From contig CAJULH010000001.1 of NCBI GenBank assembly GCA_910587175.1, positions 971-64,970 on the forward strand: DNA of 64,000 nucleotides, given 5' to 3'. This document shows positions 35,568 through 45,738 of the stretch, piece after piece (within the stretch, counting starts at the first letter, position 1; the number at the start of each line of letters is the position of its first letter). A program made the translations under genes and the position numbers. This stretch comes from Candidatus Gastranaerophilales bacterium (GTDB lineage Bacteria; Cyanobacteriota; Vampirovibrionia; Gastranaerophilales; Gastranaerophilaceae). The notes under the pieces were generated by a model. That model worked only from the letters and a program-made list of their open reading frames with translations. It was not told the origin of the DNA and ran no database searches.

Positions 35568-37709
35568 ATGAAAAAGATTTATTTTTTAACATTGCCGTTA
35601 GCATCGTTGCTGATATTTTTCTGCACACAAAATGCATTTGCAATTGAAGACATCAAAATTGATGAAAATATATCCCCAAACCAAAAAGAAGAAATGTATG
35701 CACCAATATACATAGACCCCGAAACAAACACTATTTTTAGCAAAATCAGAAAAAATGCTGTTTACACACTGGATAATTACATCGATTCAGAATTATCAAG
35801 CAGTGCAAACATTGATTCCATTTCAAGAAAAGACATCGAAAGACAAAATTCGCCCTCTGTTGCAAGTCTTTTAAACCAGCTTGGAAGTGTTACTGTGCAA
35901 AACTCAAACGGTTCTGATGGAAGCATTACTTCTATGAGAATAAGAGGAACAGACAGGGTGAGGATGACAATTGACGGTATCAGAACAGACAGACCATCCA
36001 TGACCATGCCGGGAGTTGAAACACAATTTTTGCTATCCGATGATATCGAGCTTATTGAAGTCATAAAAGGTCCGCAGGGAAATATCTTAGGCACAAATGC
36101 ATCGGGCGGTGCTGTAAATATCCAGACAAGAAGAGGCGAAGGTCCGTTTGGATTTGAAGCGGCATCTGAAATGGGTAAATACGGCACGTTTAAAGAACGC
36201 GCAGCAATTATGGGCGGAAACGAAAAGGCTGATTACTACCTTTCAACAACCTGGTATAAAACAAACGGTGCAATGCGCACAAAAAATATGGGACGCATTT
36301 TTAATGACAGCTATGAAAATTTAAGCACAGTTTTAAATTCAGGCTTGAGGCTTTTGGATAACAAGGCGGAACTTAGAAATGTTTTCAGGTTTTCAAATGC
36401 AGAAAAAGGTTTAGGCATAGGTTACAGCAACCTTAGTTATAAATATTATAACGACCCTAATAATTATATGAAAAATACGGATGTATCAGATTCGTTATCC
36501 TTTAAACATTCTGTAAACGACATTTATAATTACGGCATAAGATTTGGTCTGTATCATAATAAAAACAATAACTATACCCTCCCCGATTCTGCTGCTCCTG
36601 ATGAAAATTCAATCTCAAAGATTGATTCCACAAGATTAAATTTTATGACCCAGCATGACATAAAATACAAAGATATTAACACGCTATCTATAGGCTATAA
36701 CCTTGAAAATGAATACATAGACGGAAATTCAAGCTCGCTGATGTATGGCTCCTGGAATATGTTTCCGCTGCAAAAGTATAATTCTGGGTATTCAGGCTCT
36801 GCTCTTCAGAATGATGTATATGTAAACGATGTTGTTAATATTAAAGATACTTTTTATTTAAGAGGCGGTGCAAGACTTGTAAATAACAATGAATATGGTA
36901 CATATGTTTCCCCAAACGGGTCTGCTGCCTTAGTATTGCCAACATTCAAACTGAATGGTGCAAAGACAAAATTCAGAAGTTCCTGGGGAAGAAGTGTAAA
37001 CACCCCGACACTTTATCAAAGATACGGTGGCTTTAGGGACAGCTGGATGGCATGGAGCGGAAACAAAAATCTGGATGCAGAAAAATTAACAAGCTGGGAT
37101 TTGGGCATTGAACAAAATTTTATGGATGAAAAACTGAAATTTGAATTCGGATATTTTAACAGCAAATACAAAGACTACATCTCGGATTATTATGTTATAG
37201 ACCCGGTAACATACTATACTTCAGGATACTATGACAATATAGACTCTGCCAAAATCCAAGGATATGAAGGTAAGATAACATACGAACCCAATGATAAATT
37301 TAAAATTCTTGTAAATTATACATACACAGATTCAAAAGATAAATCCACAGGGTTTGCCCTGCCTGCTACACCAAAAAACAGAATAAACGGCACACTATAT
37401 TGGACACCAAATGACAGATTAAGCCTCTATGCAGGAATTGAGACCGCCTCTTCAAGAACTTTAAGCTCTGCCTCAAAAGATAAAGTCTCAGGGTATGTAG
37501 ATGCAAAAATAGGTACCCAGATAAAGCTTTTCAGCATCAAAGATGTGGATTTTTACGCCAGAGGAAATATTTATAACCTCTTTAATCAAGATATTTGTAT
37601 GTATAAAAACACTCTTGCAAACGATTATTACTACAGCCCAAAAATCCGCTTTAATACAGGGCTTTTCATAGAGTACGCACCGGGTAAAAAGCTTAAAGAG
37701 AGAGTATAG
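35568..37709 (+). CDS. btuB: TonB-dependent outer-membrane receptor (BtuB-like)
   Basis: Signal peptide MKKIYFLTLPLASLLIFFCTQNAFA, plug-domain motifs (IRGTDRVRMTIDGIR, IEVIKGPQG) and a long beta-barrel. The start is set at 35568 because the ORF-track start at 35520 lies inside the riboswitch. Confidence 0.8.
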   Translation: MKKIYFLTLPLASLLIFFCTQNAFAIEDIKIDENISPNQKEEMYAPIYIDPETNTIFSKIRKNAVYTLDNYIDSELSSSANIDSISRKDIERQNSPSVASLLNQLGSVTVQNSNGSDGSITSMRIRGTDRVRMTIDGIRTDRPSMTMPGVETQFLLSDDIELIEVIKGPQGNILGTNASGGAVNIQTRRGEGPFGFEAASEMGKYGTFKERAAIMGGNEKADYYLSTTWYKTNGAMRTKNMGRIFNDSYENLSTVLNSGLRLLDNKAELRNVFRFSNAEKGLGIGYSNLSYKYYNDPNNYMKNTDVSDSLSFKHSVNDIYNYGIRFGLYHNKNNNYTLPDSAAPDENSISKIDSTRLNFMTQHDIKYKDINTLSIGYNLENEYIDGNSSSLMYGSWNMFPLQKYNSGYSGSALQNDVYVNDVVNIKDTFYLRGGARLVNNNEYGTYVSPNGSAALVLPTFKLNGAKTKFRSSWGRSVNTPTLYQRYGGFRDSWMAWSGNKNLDAEKLTSWDLGIEQNFMDEKLKFEFGYFNSKYKDYISDYYVIDPVTYYTSGYYDNIDSAKIQGYEGKITYEPNDKFKILVNYTYTDSKDKSTGFALPATPKNRINGTLYWTPNDRLSLYAGIETASSRTLSSASKDKVSGYVDAKIGTQIKLFSIKDVDFYARGNIYNLFNQDICMYKNTLANDYYYSPKIRFNTGLFIEYAPGKKLKERV

Positions 37710-38690
37710 ATGACAAAAAAGAGAGGGTTGATATTTTTAATACTAATTTTTGGATTCATTTTGAGCCTCTTTTTGTCTTTATTTTACGGACTTGATAACT
37801 TTTCAGACATATTAAAAGGATTTTTAGATGGCAGCATAAAGAATTCAAACACAGAAATTATTTTATCCTTAATCAGAATCCCTTCTGTTATAAAAGCAAT
37901 TGTTGCAGGCTCCTGCCTTGCATTATCCGGCATGTTTTTACAGACGGTATCCAAAAACCCGCTCGCAGACCCCTATTTAACGGGGCTTTCATCAGGTGCA
38001 GGACTTGGCATTGTAATTTCAATCCTCCTTTTTAACAGTATAAATTATTCACTCTTTGGCTTTTTAGGCGCATTGGTAAGTGCAGCCCTTGTTATATCAT
38101 TGAGCGGATTTTCAAAATTTTCTGTCACAAAACTAATTCTTATAGGGCTTTCTTTGAATTTGTTCACAAGTTCCATAATATCTTTTTTAATACTTCTAAA
38201 CCCCGATAAGGCATATTCTATGACCCTTATATTAACAGGCGGGTTCTCCAGTGCCGACATTTCAAATAGAATGCTTTTTTTAATATTTTGCATTCTGCTT
38301 TTATCCTGTGCGTTTTTCATCCCAAAGTTAAACATTATGAGGCTTGATAACCGGTTAATCTTTAAAAATGAAAAAGCTGCAAATAAATACAGCATAATTT
38401 TCATAATTCTATCTGCACTTTTAACATCTTTAAGCGTATACAGCGCAGGGATTTTAGGCTTTGCAGGAATTATCTGCCCGCTTTTGGTTCGCCTGCTTTT
38501 TGGAGGAGATGCAAGAATACTCTTTTTTGGAAACATTTTAACAGGTTCCACTCTGCTTTTATTTTCAAACTTCCTTGCAAATAATTTAATCTATCCAATG
38601 CAGATTCCTTTGGGAATTGTGGTTGCAATAACAGGAGCACCTTTCTTTGTGTTCTTTCTTTTAAAGAAAGGAGGCGCGCTTTTAAAATGA
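37710..38690 (+). CDS. btuC: FecCD-family ABC permease (BtuC-like)
   Basis: 326 aa, about 9-10 TM helices, with PLADPYLTGLSSGAG typical of FecCD/BtuC. Confidence 0.8.
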   Translation: MTKKRGLIFLILIFGFILSLFLSLFYGLDNFSDILKGFLDGSIKNSNTEIILSLIRIPSVIKAIVAGSCLALSGMFLQTVSKNPLADPYLTGLSSGAGLGIVISILLFNSINYSLFGFLGALVSAALVISLSGFSKFSVTKLILIGLSLNLFTSSIISFLILLNPDKAYSMTLILTGGFSSADISNRMLFLIFCILLLSCAFFIPKLNIMRLDNRLIFKNEKAANKYSIIFIILSALLTSLSVYSAGILGFAGIICPLLVRLLFGGDARILFFGNILTGSTLLLFSNFLANNLIYPMQIPLGIVVAITGAPFFVFFLLKKGGALLK

Positions 38691-39406
38691 TAAAAATTGA
38701 AAATCTAAACTTCAAATTTGATAATGAAACAATCTTTAAAGATGCTGTTATTGAAATATTGAATAACCGCCTGACTGTTATTACCGGAACAAACGGAGCA
38801 GGAAAATCAACCCTTTTAAAAATTATTACAAAAAATATCCGGACAAATTGTAAAATTCAAAATGCATTTAAAAATATTTTCTATCTTCCGCAAAATCCTT
38901 ATTATCCAAAAGATATCACAACTTTTGATTACCTTTCATCCGTATTTTACAAAAATAACTGGAAATGGTTTTTAGATAAGGATGAAAAAGAAAAAATAGA
39001 CAATGTACTGAAAAAAGTAGAGCTCTATGAAAAAAAGAACCTGGATATTGAAAATTTAAGTGCAGGAGAAATACAAAAGGCAAATATTGCGCTCGGGCTT
39101 TTATCCGGTGCAGATTTATTTTTATTGGATGAACCGGCATCAAATATGGATTTAATAAATGAACTAAAGATTCTTACAATGCTAAAAAACCTTACCAAAG
39201 ATGGCATCACAAGCGTTTTAATTATGCATAATTTAAACATTGCAGCAAATTTCGGAGATAATTTTATAGGAATTAAAAAGGGAGAAAAGATAATTCAGAC
39301 AAATAAAGATGAATTTTTCAAAAAGGATGTTTTAAAAGAAATTTACGGCATTGATTTTGAAATTGTAAATTCAGGCGGGAAAATATATGTTCAGGTTCTT
39401 GGCTAA
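38687..39406 (+). CDS. btuD: ABC transporter ATP-binding protein (BtuD-like)
   Basis: Walker A GTNGAGKST, signature LSAGEIQK and Walker B LFLLDEP. Overlaps btuC by 4 nt. Confidence 0.8.
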   Translation: MIKIENLNFKFDNETIFKDAVIEILNNRLTVITGTNGAGKSTLLKIITKNIRTNCKIQNAFKNIFYLPQNPYYPKDITTFDYLSSVFYKNNWKWFLDKDEKEKIDNVLKKVELYEKKNLDIENLSAGEIQKANIALGLLSGADLFLLDEPASNMDLINELKILTMLKNLTKDGITSVLIMHNLNIAANFGDNFIGIKKGEKIIQTNKDEFFKKDVLKEIYGIDFEIVNSGGKIYVQVLG

Positions 39407-40205
39407 AATATTTATTCTCCTTCTTTTTGTCTTTGAAACGATTTGTCCTTCGTATTCAAAATGCGACAATGAATGTCAAAAGACACAAAATAAAACATTT
39501 GTAAGCATTTCTCCGGCAATGACGGAAATTATGTATGCAATAGGTGCCAAAAATTCCCTTACGGCTGTTTCAAATTATTGTACATACCCTGAAGATGCAA
39601 AGAAAAAGGAAAAAATCGGAAGTAATTATTCAATAAATTATGAAAAAATAATAAAGCTTAAACCCGACTACCTGCTGGCACTTGATATTTCAGAAGGTTT
39701 AGTGAGCAAAGTCAGGCGTTTTGGAATAACACCGCTGTGCTTTAAATATCCAAACATAGAAAGTATCTATCAAAATATTCTTGAGGTTGGAAAATTAACC
39801 GGAAAGATAAAAGAATCAAGGGAAGTTGTTGAATTTTCAAAGCAAAAAATTACTGCTGCAAATATACGGAATAAGAAAAATGCAGGGAAAAAGATTTTAT
39901 ATCTTGTACAGGTGCAGCCTATGATTGCTATCGGGAATAAAAGCTTTATAACAGATATTATTGAAAAATCAGGAAACTATTCCGTAACTTCAGGTTTAAG
40001 CTCATTTTATCCTGTTATATCTGAAGAATATGCAATAAAAACAAAACCGGATATTGTTGTCCTTAGTTTCTTTTCGGATGATTCGGAAGTAAAAAGATTT
40101 TTCCCGAACGCAAAGATTATAAAAATGACAAAAGAACAAAATGACATTATAAACCGCCCGGGACCAAGGGTTTATAAAAGCGTTGAATTTTTCTCCAGCC
40201 TTTAA
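39387..40205 (+). CDS. btuF: Periplasmic cobalamin/siderophore-type substrate-binding protein (BtuF-like)
   Basis: 272 aa with a hydrophobic leader. FVSISPAMTEIMYAIGA and KPDYLLA are class III binding-protein motifs. Last gene of the riboswitch-controlled operon. Confidence 0.75.
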   Translation: MFRFLAKIFILLLFVFETICPSYSKCDNECQKTQNKTFVSISPAMTEIMYAIGAKNSLTAVSNYCTYPEDAKKKEKIGSNYSINYEKIIKLKPDYLLALDISEGLVSKVRRFGITPLCFKYPNIESIYQNILEVGKLTGKIKESREVVEFSKQKITAANIRNKKNAGKKILYLVQVQPMIAIGNKSFITDIIEKSGNYSVTSGLSSFYPVISEEYAIKTKPDIVVLSFFSDDSEVKRFFPNAKIIKMTKEQNDIINRPGPRVYKSVEFFSSL

Positions 40206-40272
40206 AATATGGACAATGTTATTATAATAAAGATATAGAAATATATTTTAAAACACCTTTGGAGTCGGCAAC

Positions 40273-40932
40273 TTGAAAAGCGAAAAAGAAATTCAAAATA
40301 TGTTTGATAAAATTGCGCCCGGATATGATTTTTTGAATAACATCATCTCTTTTTGCACCCATATTTTTATAAAAAAAGCTGCAGTAAAAGCTTTAAGGAT
40401 AGAAAAAAGTACCAAAGTATTAGATTTGTGCTCAGGAAGCGGAGACCTGGGAAGGCTGATAAAAAATACTGTCCCCGGGGTTGAAATTTTCGGGGTGGAT
40501 TATTCAACAGAAATGCTCAATATAGCAAAGAAGAAAAATCCGGATATTAAATATTTCAATATGAATGCAACGGCGCTTGATTTTGCAGACAGTTCTTTTG
40601 ATTATGTTGTTATGGGTTTCGGGCTAAGAAATATCCCAAACAGGAATGCTACCATTGCTGAGATATATAGAATTCTGAAACCGGACGGGAAATTTCTACA
40701 CCTTGATTTTGGACAAAAAACAATTTTTTCAAAGATTTTTGATAAGATTGTAATTTTTGCAGCAGGGTTTTTGTCAGGTGAAAAAGATGCATATACCTAT
40801 TTAATAAATTCAAAAAACAGCTTTCCAAACCCTGAAAAATTGGTTGAAATATTTGAGGAGCAGGGTTTTTCTTGCGAAAAAATCAGATATTTTTTATTCA
40901 AAATAATTTCTTTTCAAATTCTTAAAAAATAA
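40273..40932 (+). CDS. ubiE: Demethylmenaquinone/ubiquinone C-methyltransferase (UbiE/MenG family)
   Basis: TTG start. MFDKIAPGYDFLNNIISF, SAM motif VLDLCSGSGD and GFGLRNIP. Confidence 0.85.
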   Translation: MKSEKEIQNMFDKIAPGYDFLNNIISFCTHIFIKKAAVKALRIEKSTKVLDLCSGSGDLGRLIKNTVPGVEIFGVDYSTEMLNIAKKKNPDIKYFNMNATALDFADSSFDYVVMGFGLRNIPNRNATIAEIYRILKPDGKFLHLDFGQKTIFSKIFDKIVIFAAGFLSGEKDAYTYLINSKNSFPNPEKLVEIFEEQGFSCEKIRYFLFKIISFQILKK

Positions 40933-40977
40933 CCTGTTCTTGAAAAATATGGTACCCTTATAGAAAAGGGGCAAGAT

Positions 40978-42414
40978 ATGGTTACATTTTTAATTGGTAT
41001 AGGAATTTTAATCTTAGGATACATTTTCTATTCAAAATATGTTGAAAAGCAATTTGCCCCGGATGATAGAAAAACTCCTGCATATACAAGCTATGACGGA
41101 CTTGATTATGTTCCCTTGCCTTTGCATAAAAATTTATTAATACATCTTTTGAATATTGCAGGCTTGGGACCAATTTTAGGAGTAATTCAGGGAATTTTAT
41201 TTGGTCCGGTTGCTTTTATATTGATTCCCTTGGGTTGTATTTTTATGGGCGGTGTGCATGATTATTTTTGCGGAATGATTTCAATGCGCGAAAATGGTGC
41301 ACAGATAACAGAGCTTATAAAAAAATACCTCGGCAGACGTTTTTTTCAGATATTCATTGTAATTGTAACGATTATGCTGATTTTGTTATCTGTTGTGTTT
41401 ATTTATACAGCCGGCGATGTTATAGCAGAGAGATTTTTTAATCAGACGAATTTTTCCATCAATAACCCTGTAATACTTAGCATATACGCAGTAATTGCAC
41501 TTTATTACATCCTGGCTGCAATGTTTCCGATTGATAAAATTATAGGCAGATTTTACCCGCTATTTACACTGATGCTCATTTTTGGAACACTTTTTATAGT
41601 ATTTGGATTTATTACAAACGGTATCACACTTTTTGAATTAGATTTCCGCCATTTAAATATGCATCCTAAAGGGCTTCATATTTTGCCAATATTTTTTATG
41701 ACAGTTAGCTGTGGGCTTTTATCAGGATTTCACTCCACCCAGTCTACCATTATTTCAAGAACTGTAAAAAGCGAATTTGAAGGAAAGAAAATTTTCTACG
41801 GTATGATGTGCGCAGAAAGCCTTATAGCTATGATTTGGGCAGCCGCGGCAATGCATGTTTACGCAAACAAACTTGTACCTGATGCGCTTATAGGAAGTGC
41901 AAATGTTATAAACATTATTGCAGATACTTTCGTTCTTCCATACCTTGCTTTTGTAGTTACTTTGGCAGTTGTTATTTTGCCAATAACATCCGGAGATACT
42001 GCACTTCGCGCGCTTCGTCTTGCACTTGCAGACATTTTCAAATTAAAACAAAGCACTGTAAAAAACCGTTTTAAAATAATGATACCGATTGTTTTAGCTC
42101 TTGTTTTAATCCTATACTGGGCAAAATGTAACAGTGACAGTTTCTCCCTGATATGGCGCTATTTCACCTTTGCAAACCAGCTCATTGCAATACCGACATT
42201 TTTATATGCAACAATATTTCTTTATAAAAACGGTAAAAATTACCTGATTACACTTCTGCCTGGGCTTTTTTATATCTTTATAACTTCATCATTTATTTTG
42301 AACGCAAAAATAGGATTCAACCTGCCGTACGGCGTTTCGGAAATTTTAGGAATAATTGTTGCTGCTTTAAGCCTATATCTGGTAAAGAAAAACTGGCTTA
42401 AAAAAGTTAATTGA
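40978..42414 (+). CDS. cstA: Carbon starvation protein CstA-family transporter
   Basis: 478 aa, more than 12 TM helices. FMGGVHDYF and GFHSTQS blocks resemble CstA. Confidence 0.65.
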   Translation: MVTFLIGIGILILGYIFYSKYVEKQFAPDDRKTPAYTSYDGLDYVPLPLHKNLLIHLLNIAGLGPILGVIQGILFGPVAFILIPLGCIFMGGVHDYFCGMISMRENGAQITELIKKYLGRRFFQIFIVIVTIMLILLSVVFIYTAGDVIAERFFNQTNFSINNPVILSIYAVIALYYILAAMFPIDKIIGRFYPLFTLMLIFGTLFIVFGFITNGITLFELDFRHLNMHPKGLHILPIFFMTVSCGLLSGFHSTQSTIISRTVKSEFEGKKIFYGMMCAESLIAMIWAAAAMHVYANKLVPDALIGSANVINIIADTFVLPYLAFVVTLAVVILPITSGDTALRALRLALADIFKLKQSTVKNRFKIMIPIVLALVLILYWAKCNSDSFSLIWRYFTFANQLIAIPTFLYATIFLYKNGKNYLITLLPGLFYIFITSSFILNAKIGFNLPYGVSEILGIIVAALSLYLVKKNWLKKVN

Positions 42415-42427
42415 TGATAAATGCAAA

Positions 42428-42457
42428 AATCCTGCCAGGATAAATCAAGGCAGGATT
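42428..42457. terminator. Bidirectional hairpin between convergent cstA-like and ddh
   Basis: AATCCTGCCaggataaatcaaGGCAGGATT: a 9-bp stem with A/T runs on both sides. Confidence 0.6.
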
Positions 42458-42483
42458 AATTAATATAAACACTGTATTTAATC

Positions 42484-43464
42484 TTATAGCATTGTTTTTC
42501 TAAGCTCTTCGCCTGATTTTGGGCTTAAATAAGCAGGTGCAACATCAAATACTGTTTTACAACCCGTTTGTCCTTCTTTTGACATTTTATAAGCTGCTCT
42601 TGCATAAGCCACAAGCACGCTTGACGTAAATTCCGGATTAGAATCAAGTTTCAGGTTGTATTCAATTATATGGTTATTTTCTTTATTTAAGCCTGTTTTA
42701 CCGCATCTAAATACAAAGCCGCCGTGTGGAATTTTTGAATGGTGCTGCTTTAATTCATCCATTGATATAAAATGAACAGTTGTATCATAGTCTGCAAAAT
42801 AGTTTGGCATGGTTTTAATTTCTTCTTCAACCTTTTTAGCGTCAGCTCCCTCTTTTAAAACAACATAACATTCCCTTGTATGTTTTTCTCTTGTTGAAAG
42901 CTCGGGGTTTTTGCAGGCTTTTACAGTTTCAAGCGCAGATTCCACAGGAACAGTATACTGTTTGGCATCTGCCACCCCTTCAATTCTTCTGATTGCATCA
43001 GAATGCCCCTGGCTTACACCCTTACCCCAGAATGTATAGTCCTTTCCTTCCGGAAGAATGGCGTTAGCATACATTCTGTTTAAAGAAAACATACCAGGGT
43101 CCCAACCCACTGATATTATCCCGATATTATTTCCTTTTTTTGCAGCCTTGTCCACATTTTCAAAGTGTTCGGGAATTTTAGCATGGGTATCAAAGCTATC
43201 TACCACATTAAACATTTCGGCATATTTCGGGGTCTGAACGGGTAAATCTGTAGCACTTCCACCGCAAAGGATTAAAACATCAATCTTATCTTTCCAGTTT
43301 TCAATTTCTGAAACATTTAAGACTTTTGCCGTCTTTGAATTTATTTTTAAATCTTCGGGATTTCTCCTTGTAAACACTGCAACAAGCTCTGTATCAGGGT
43401 TTTGTAAAACAGCATTTTCTACCCCTCTTCCAAGGTTTCCATATCCCAATATTCCTATTCTCAT
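42484..43464 (-). CDS. ddh: meso-Diaminopimelate D-dehydrogenase
   Basis: 326 aa. MRIGILGYGNLGRGVE, GWDPGMFS and WGKGVSQGHSDA are typical of Ddh. Confidence 0.9.
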   Translation of the reverse strand: MRIGILGYGNLGRGVENAVLQNPDTELVAVFTRRNPEDLKINSKTAKVLNVSEIENWKDKIDVLILCGGSATDLPVQTPKYAEMFNVVDSFDTHAKIPEHFENVDKAAKKGNNIGIISVGWDPGMFSLNRMYANAILPEGKDYTFWGKGVSQGHSDAIRRIEGVADAKQYTVPVESALETVKACKNPELSTREKHTRECYVVLKEGADAKKVEEEIKTMPNYFADYDTTVHFISMDELKQHHSKIPHGGFVFRCGKTGLNKENNHIIEYNLKLDSNPEFTSSVLVAYARAAYKMSKEGQTGCKTVFDVAPAYLSPKSGEELRKTML

Positions 43465-43591
43465 CTGGTGCCTCGCTAATTTCTACTACAATCTACATAG
43501 AAAATTTTACAATAAAAATACAGACATGATGGCAATAATTTTCCTGTTTTGGTTTTGTATCATCATTAGACATTCAAACGGAGAAAAAATT

Positions 43592-44074
43592 ATGACAATA
43601 TCACCCGCTGGCGCACAACCTGTATATTATGCCCCTGCTGCATATACCATGCCTGTGCAGAATGCACAACAAAATCCCGTTTATACTACCCAAATGCAAG
43701 CCCAACCCGCAATGAACGTAGGTCCAAATGCAAAAGGAGAGCCTGATTTGGTTTGCAATGCACAGTATGATGCAAAAGAAAAAATAATTCGATTAAGCTC
43801 TTTTGAAAGAGGCTGGCTTGATTCGAACATTTGGTATGCAATAAAAGCGGATGGCAGCGGGGAAACAATAAGCGCTTGGGGTATCGGTGCACAATATCCA
43901 GCAGGAACTTTTTCAAACGTCTTTAACAAGGCACAGGGAATTTATTATACACAAGGTAATATCCCCGAAGGTGCTGCACTTGATTTAGTGAAAGACACAA
44001 GGGCTGCAGTAGATGTTGCACGTCAAAACGGTACGGAAGTTGTTTTAGATGAAAGCAAATCAATAATAACGTAA
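43592..44074 (+). CDS. Orphan protein with a P/Q/Y/A-rich N-terminus
   Basis: ATG at 43592 is preceded by the SD ggaga. MTISPAGAQPVYYAPAAYTMPVQNAQQNPVYTTQMQAQPAMN is followed by a globular part of about 115 aa. The ORF-track start at 43526 adds an implausible hydrophobic stub. Confidence 0.6.
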   Translation: MTISPAGAQPVYYAPAAYTMPVQNAQQNPVYTTQMQAQPAMNVGPNAKGEPDLVCNAQYDAKEKIIRLSSFERGWLDSNIWYAIKADGSGETISAWGIGAQYPAGTFSNVFNKAQGIYYTQGNIPEGAALDLVKDTRAAVDVARQNGTEVVLDESKSIIT

Positions 44075-44100
44075 TTTCTAAAATCACAGTAAAATATTAA

Positions 44101-44134
44101 AAATGCGGACTCTTATTTTTGATGGTCCGCATTT
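44101..44134. terminator. Bidirectional hairpin between the orphan gene and gdhA
   Basis: AAATGCGGACtcttatttttgatgGTCCGCATTT: a 10-bp stem. Confidence 0.65.
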
Positions 44135-44182
44135 AAAGTTTATATGAATTTTGCACTTTGTGTAAATTGATACAGCTGAAAA

Positions 44183-45565
44183 CTATATCAAACCTTGAGA
44201 TTTCATTGCTTTTGCAATTCTTCTAAAACCGGCAATATTTGCACCTGCAACATAATTATTGCCATATCCGTATTCTTCTGCAGCTTTTCTGGCGTTATTA
44301 AAGATATTTGTCATAATACCGTCAAGCTTTTTATCTACTTCATCAAAGCTCCAGAAGTATCTCATTGAATTTTGGCACATTTCAAGCGCTGAAGTTGCAA
44401 CACCGCCGGCATTTGCAGCCTTACCTGGCGCAACAAGAACATTATTCTTTAAGAAATATTCAACCGCTTCGTTTGTGCAGGGCATATTAGCGCCTTCGCC
44501 CACTGCCTTCGCACCGTTTTCAACAAGAACTTTTGCAGCGCTCAGGTTGATATCATTTTGGGTTGCACAGGGAAGAATAACATCCGCCTTAATTGTATAA
44601 ACAGCAGGAATGTCACCGTTATTTTCCTTGTATTCTGCCGTCGGAACATAGTTTAAGTATTCCTTGATTCTTGCGCGTTTTTCTTCCTTTAATTCTTTTA
44701 CAATATCAAGCTTTATACCGTCTTTATCGTAAACACAGCCATTTGAATCGCTCATTGCAACAACCTTTGCGCCGTAAGTTTGCGCTTTTTCGCAGGCATA
44801 AATTGCAACATTTCCTGAGCCTGAAATTATAACGGTTTTACCATTTAAATCCATATTGTTTGCTTTGAGCATTTCTCTCATAAAGTAGATTAAACCATAT
44901 CCGGTTGCTTCTTTTCTTGCCAAAGAACCGCCGTAATCCAAACCTTTTCCTGTTAAAACGCCTGCTTCATAGTTATTTTTAATGCGTCTGTATTGACCAA
45001 AAAGATATCCTATTTCTCTTGCACCAACACCAATATCACCGGCAGGAACATCAACATCCTGACCTATATGTTTTTGAAGTTCCGTCATAAAACTTTGGCA
45101 AAAACGCATAATCTCATTGTCGGATTTCCCTTTGGGGTCAAAATCCGAGCCGCCTTTGCCGCCACCGATTGGAAGCCCCGTAAGAGCGTTTTTAAAAATT
45201 TGTTCAAACGCCAAAAATTTCATAATACTTTGGTTTACAGTCGGGTGAAACCTTAAACCGCCTTTGTATGGTCCAAGTGCACCGTTAAATTGAACCCTGA
45301 AGCCTCTGTTTACCCTTGCCTGTCCCTTGTCATCAATCCAAGGTACACGGAAAGAAATAATTCTTTCAGGCTCTGTTACTCTTTCTAAAAGTGCAAGCGC
45401 CTTATATTCATTTTCATGTTTTAAAACAACAGGTTCAAGTGAGGTTAAAACTTCTTTTACTGCTTGCAAAAATTCAGGTTCATTCGGGTTTTTTGCTGCA
45501 GTTAAATTTAAAATATCATTCAAATAAGCAGATTTTGTGCTTACATCAAGGGTACAGTTGCTCAT
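44183..45565 (-). CDS. gdhA: NADP-specific glutamate dehydrogenase
   Basis: 460 aa. Motifs GGLRFHP, LPIGGGKGGSDFDPKG and GSGNVA. Confidence 0.95.
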   Translation of the reverse strand: MSNCTLDVSTKSAYLNDILNLTAAKNPNEPEFLQAVKEVLTSLEPVVLKHENEYKALALLERVTEPERIISFRVPWIDDKGQARVNRGFRVQFNGALGPYKGGLRFHPTVNQSIMKFLAFEQIFKNALTGLPIGGGKGGSDFDPKGKSDNEIMRFCQSFMTELQKHIGQDVDVPAGDIGVGAREIGYLFGQYRRIKNNYEAGVLTGKGLDYGGSLARKEATGYGLIYFMREMLKANNMDLNGKTVIISGSGNVAIYACEKAQTYGAKVVAMSDSNGCVYDKDGIKLDIVKELKEEKRARIKEYLNYVPTAEYKENNGDIPAVYTIKADVILPCATQNDINLSAAKVLVENGAKAVGEGANMPCTNEAVEYFLKNNVLVAPGKAANAGGVATSALEMCQNSMRYFWSFDEVDKKLDGIMTNIFNNARKAAEEYGYGNNYVAGANIAGFRRIAKAMKSQGLI

Positions 45566-45676
45566 AAGGCTTGTTCTCCATAATAATACTTTTATGGAAA
45601 AATTATACCATAAAGGGTTTGTGCTGAAACCGGCATATTAAATTTTTACATTAGTTAAAAATATTTTTAAAGGTCA

Positions 45677-45719
45677 CAAAAAGCAGGAAAGTCTTTTTTT
45701 GTGACTTTCCTGCTTTTTA
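45677..45719. terminator. Intrinsic terminator downstream of oadB (strong, bidirectional)
   Basis: A 12-bp stem, AGCAGGAAAGTC (45682-45693) paired with GACTTTCCTGCT (45703-45714), with T-runs on both strands. Confidence 0.8.
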
Positions 45720-45738
45720 AAAATGTATATCAAGGTTA

